Origin: Octopus sinensis | Taxonomy: Eukaryota | DNA length: 18,143 nt | Assembly (NCBI RefSeq): GCF_006345805.1 | Contig: NW_021824601.1 | Coordinates: forward strand, 1 to 18,143 | Direction of reading: 5' to 3' | In this document: one piece after another, positions 17,781 to 18,143 of the stretch | Position numbering within the stretch: the stretch's first letter is position 1 | Layout: each line of letters opens with the position of its first letter | Notes under the pieces: model-generated | Seen by the model: only the letters and a program-made list of their open reading frames with translations | What the model was told of the DNA's origin: nothing | Database searches by the model: none | Translations under genes and position numbers: made by a program

Positions 17781-17852
17781 AGCCAACGCACGAAACTTTC
17801 GGCCCTTAAGCCACTGTGTTACTTCTGCTAAATATTAATGAAAAATATACAG

Positions 17853-18143
17853 TGGGTTCAATCCCACTGCGTGGCATCTTGGGCAAGTGTCTTTTGCTAT
17901 AGCCCCGGGCCGACCAATGCCTTGTGAGTGGATTTGGTAGACGGAAACTGAAAGAAGCCTGTCGTATATATGTATGTGTGTGTGTGTTTGTCCCCCTCGC
18001 ATTGCTTGACAACCGATGCTGGTGTGTTTACGTCCCCGTAACTTAGCGGTTCGGCAAAAGAGACCGCTAGAATAAGTACTGGGCTTACAAAGAATAAGTC
18101 CCGGGGTCGATGTGATCGACTAAAGGCGGTGCTCCAGCATGGC
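17853..18143 (+). mobile_element. SINE-A, 5'-truncated, runs off the window end
   Basis: GGGTTCAATCCCACTGCGTGG to GGCGGTGCTCCAGCATGGC. Confidence 0.92.

Overview
Eukaryotic, repeat-dense, mostly non-coding DNA. The SINE families and microsatellite load match what I recall of octopus (coleoid cephalopod) genomes; this assignment is from recall, not a database search. No complete gene, rRNA, true tRNA or CRISPR array is supportable, and most listed ORFs are microsatellite or SINE artefacts. The window holds about 20 copies or fragments of four tRNA-derived SINE families (here A-D). It also holds two Charlie-type hAT MITEs, two related GGATC-TIR MITEs, a non-autonomous Helitron, and relics of a Helitron Pif1 helicase, an RTE LINE ORF2 and a mariner transposase. 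The most unusual points are: (i) SINE-B occurs as monomer, mini-element, dimer and headless 187-bp array with one fixed junction; (ii) a SINE-D tail is tandemly amplified 5 times with (TA)n linkers; (iii) a ~354-bp tandem unit has a strongly coding-like core between trinucleotide linkers; (iv) a ~110-145-nt fold-back lies in unique DNA; (v) a tail-to-tail SINE pair meets at a perfect 28-bp palindrome. Two possible exons (8944-9105 +, 15849-15576 -) remain unassigned.
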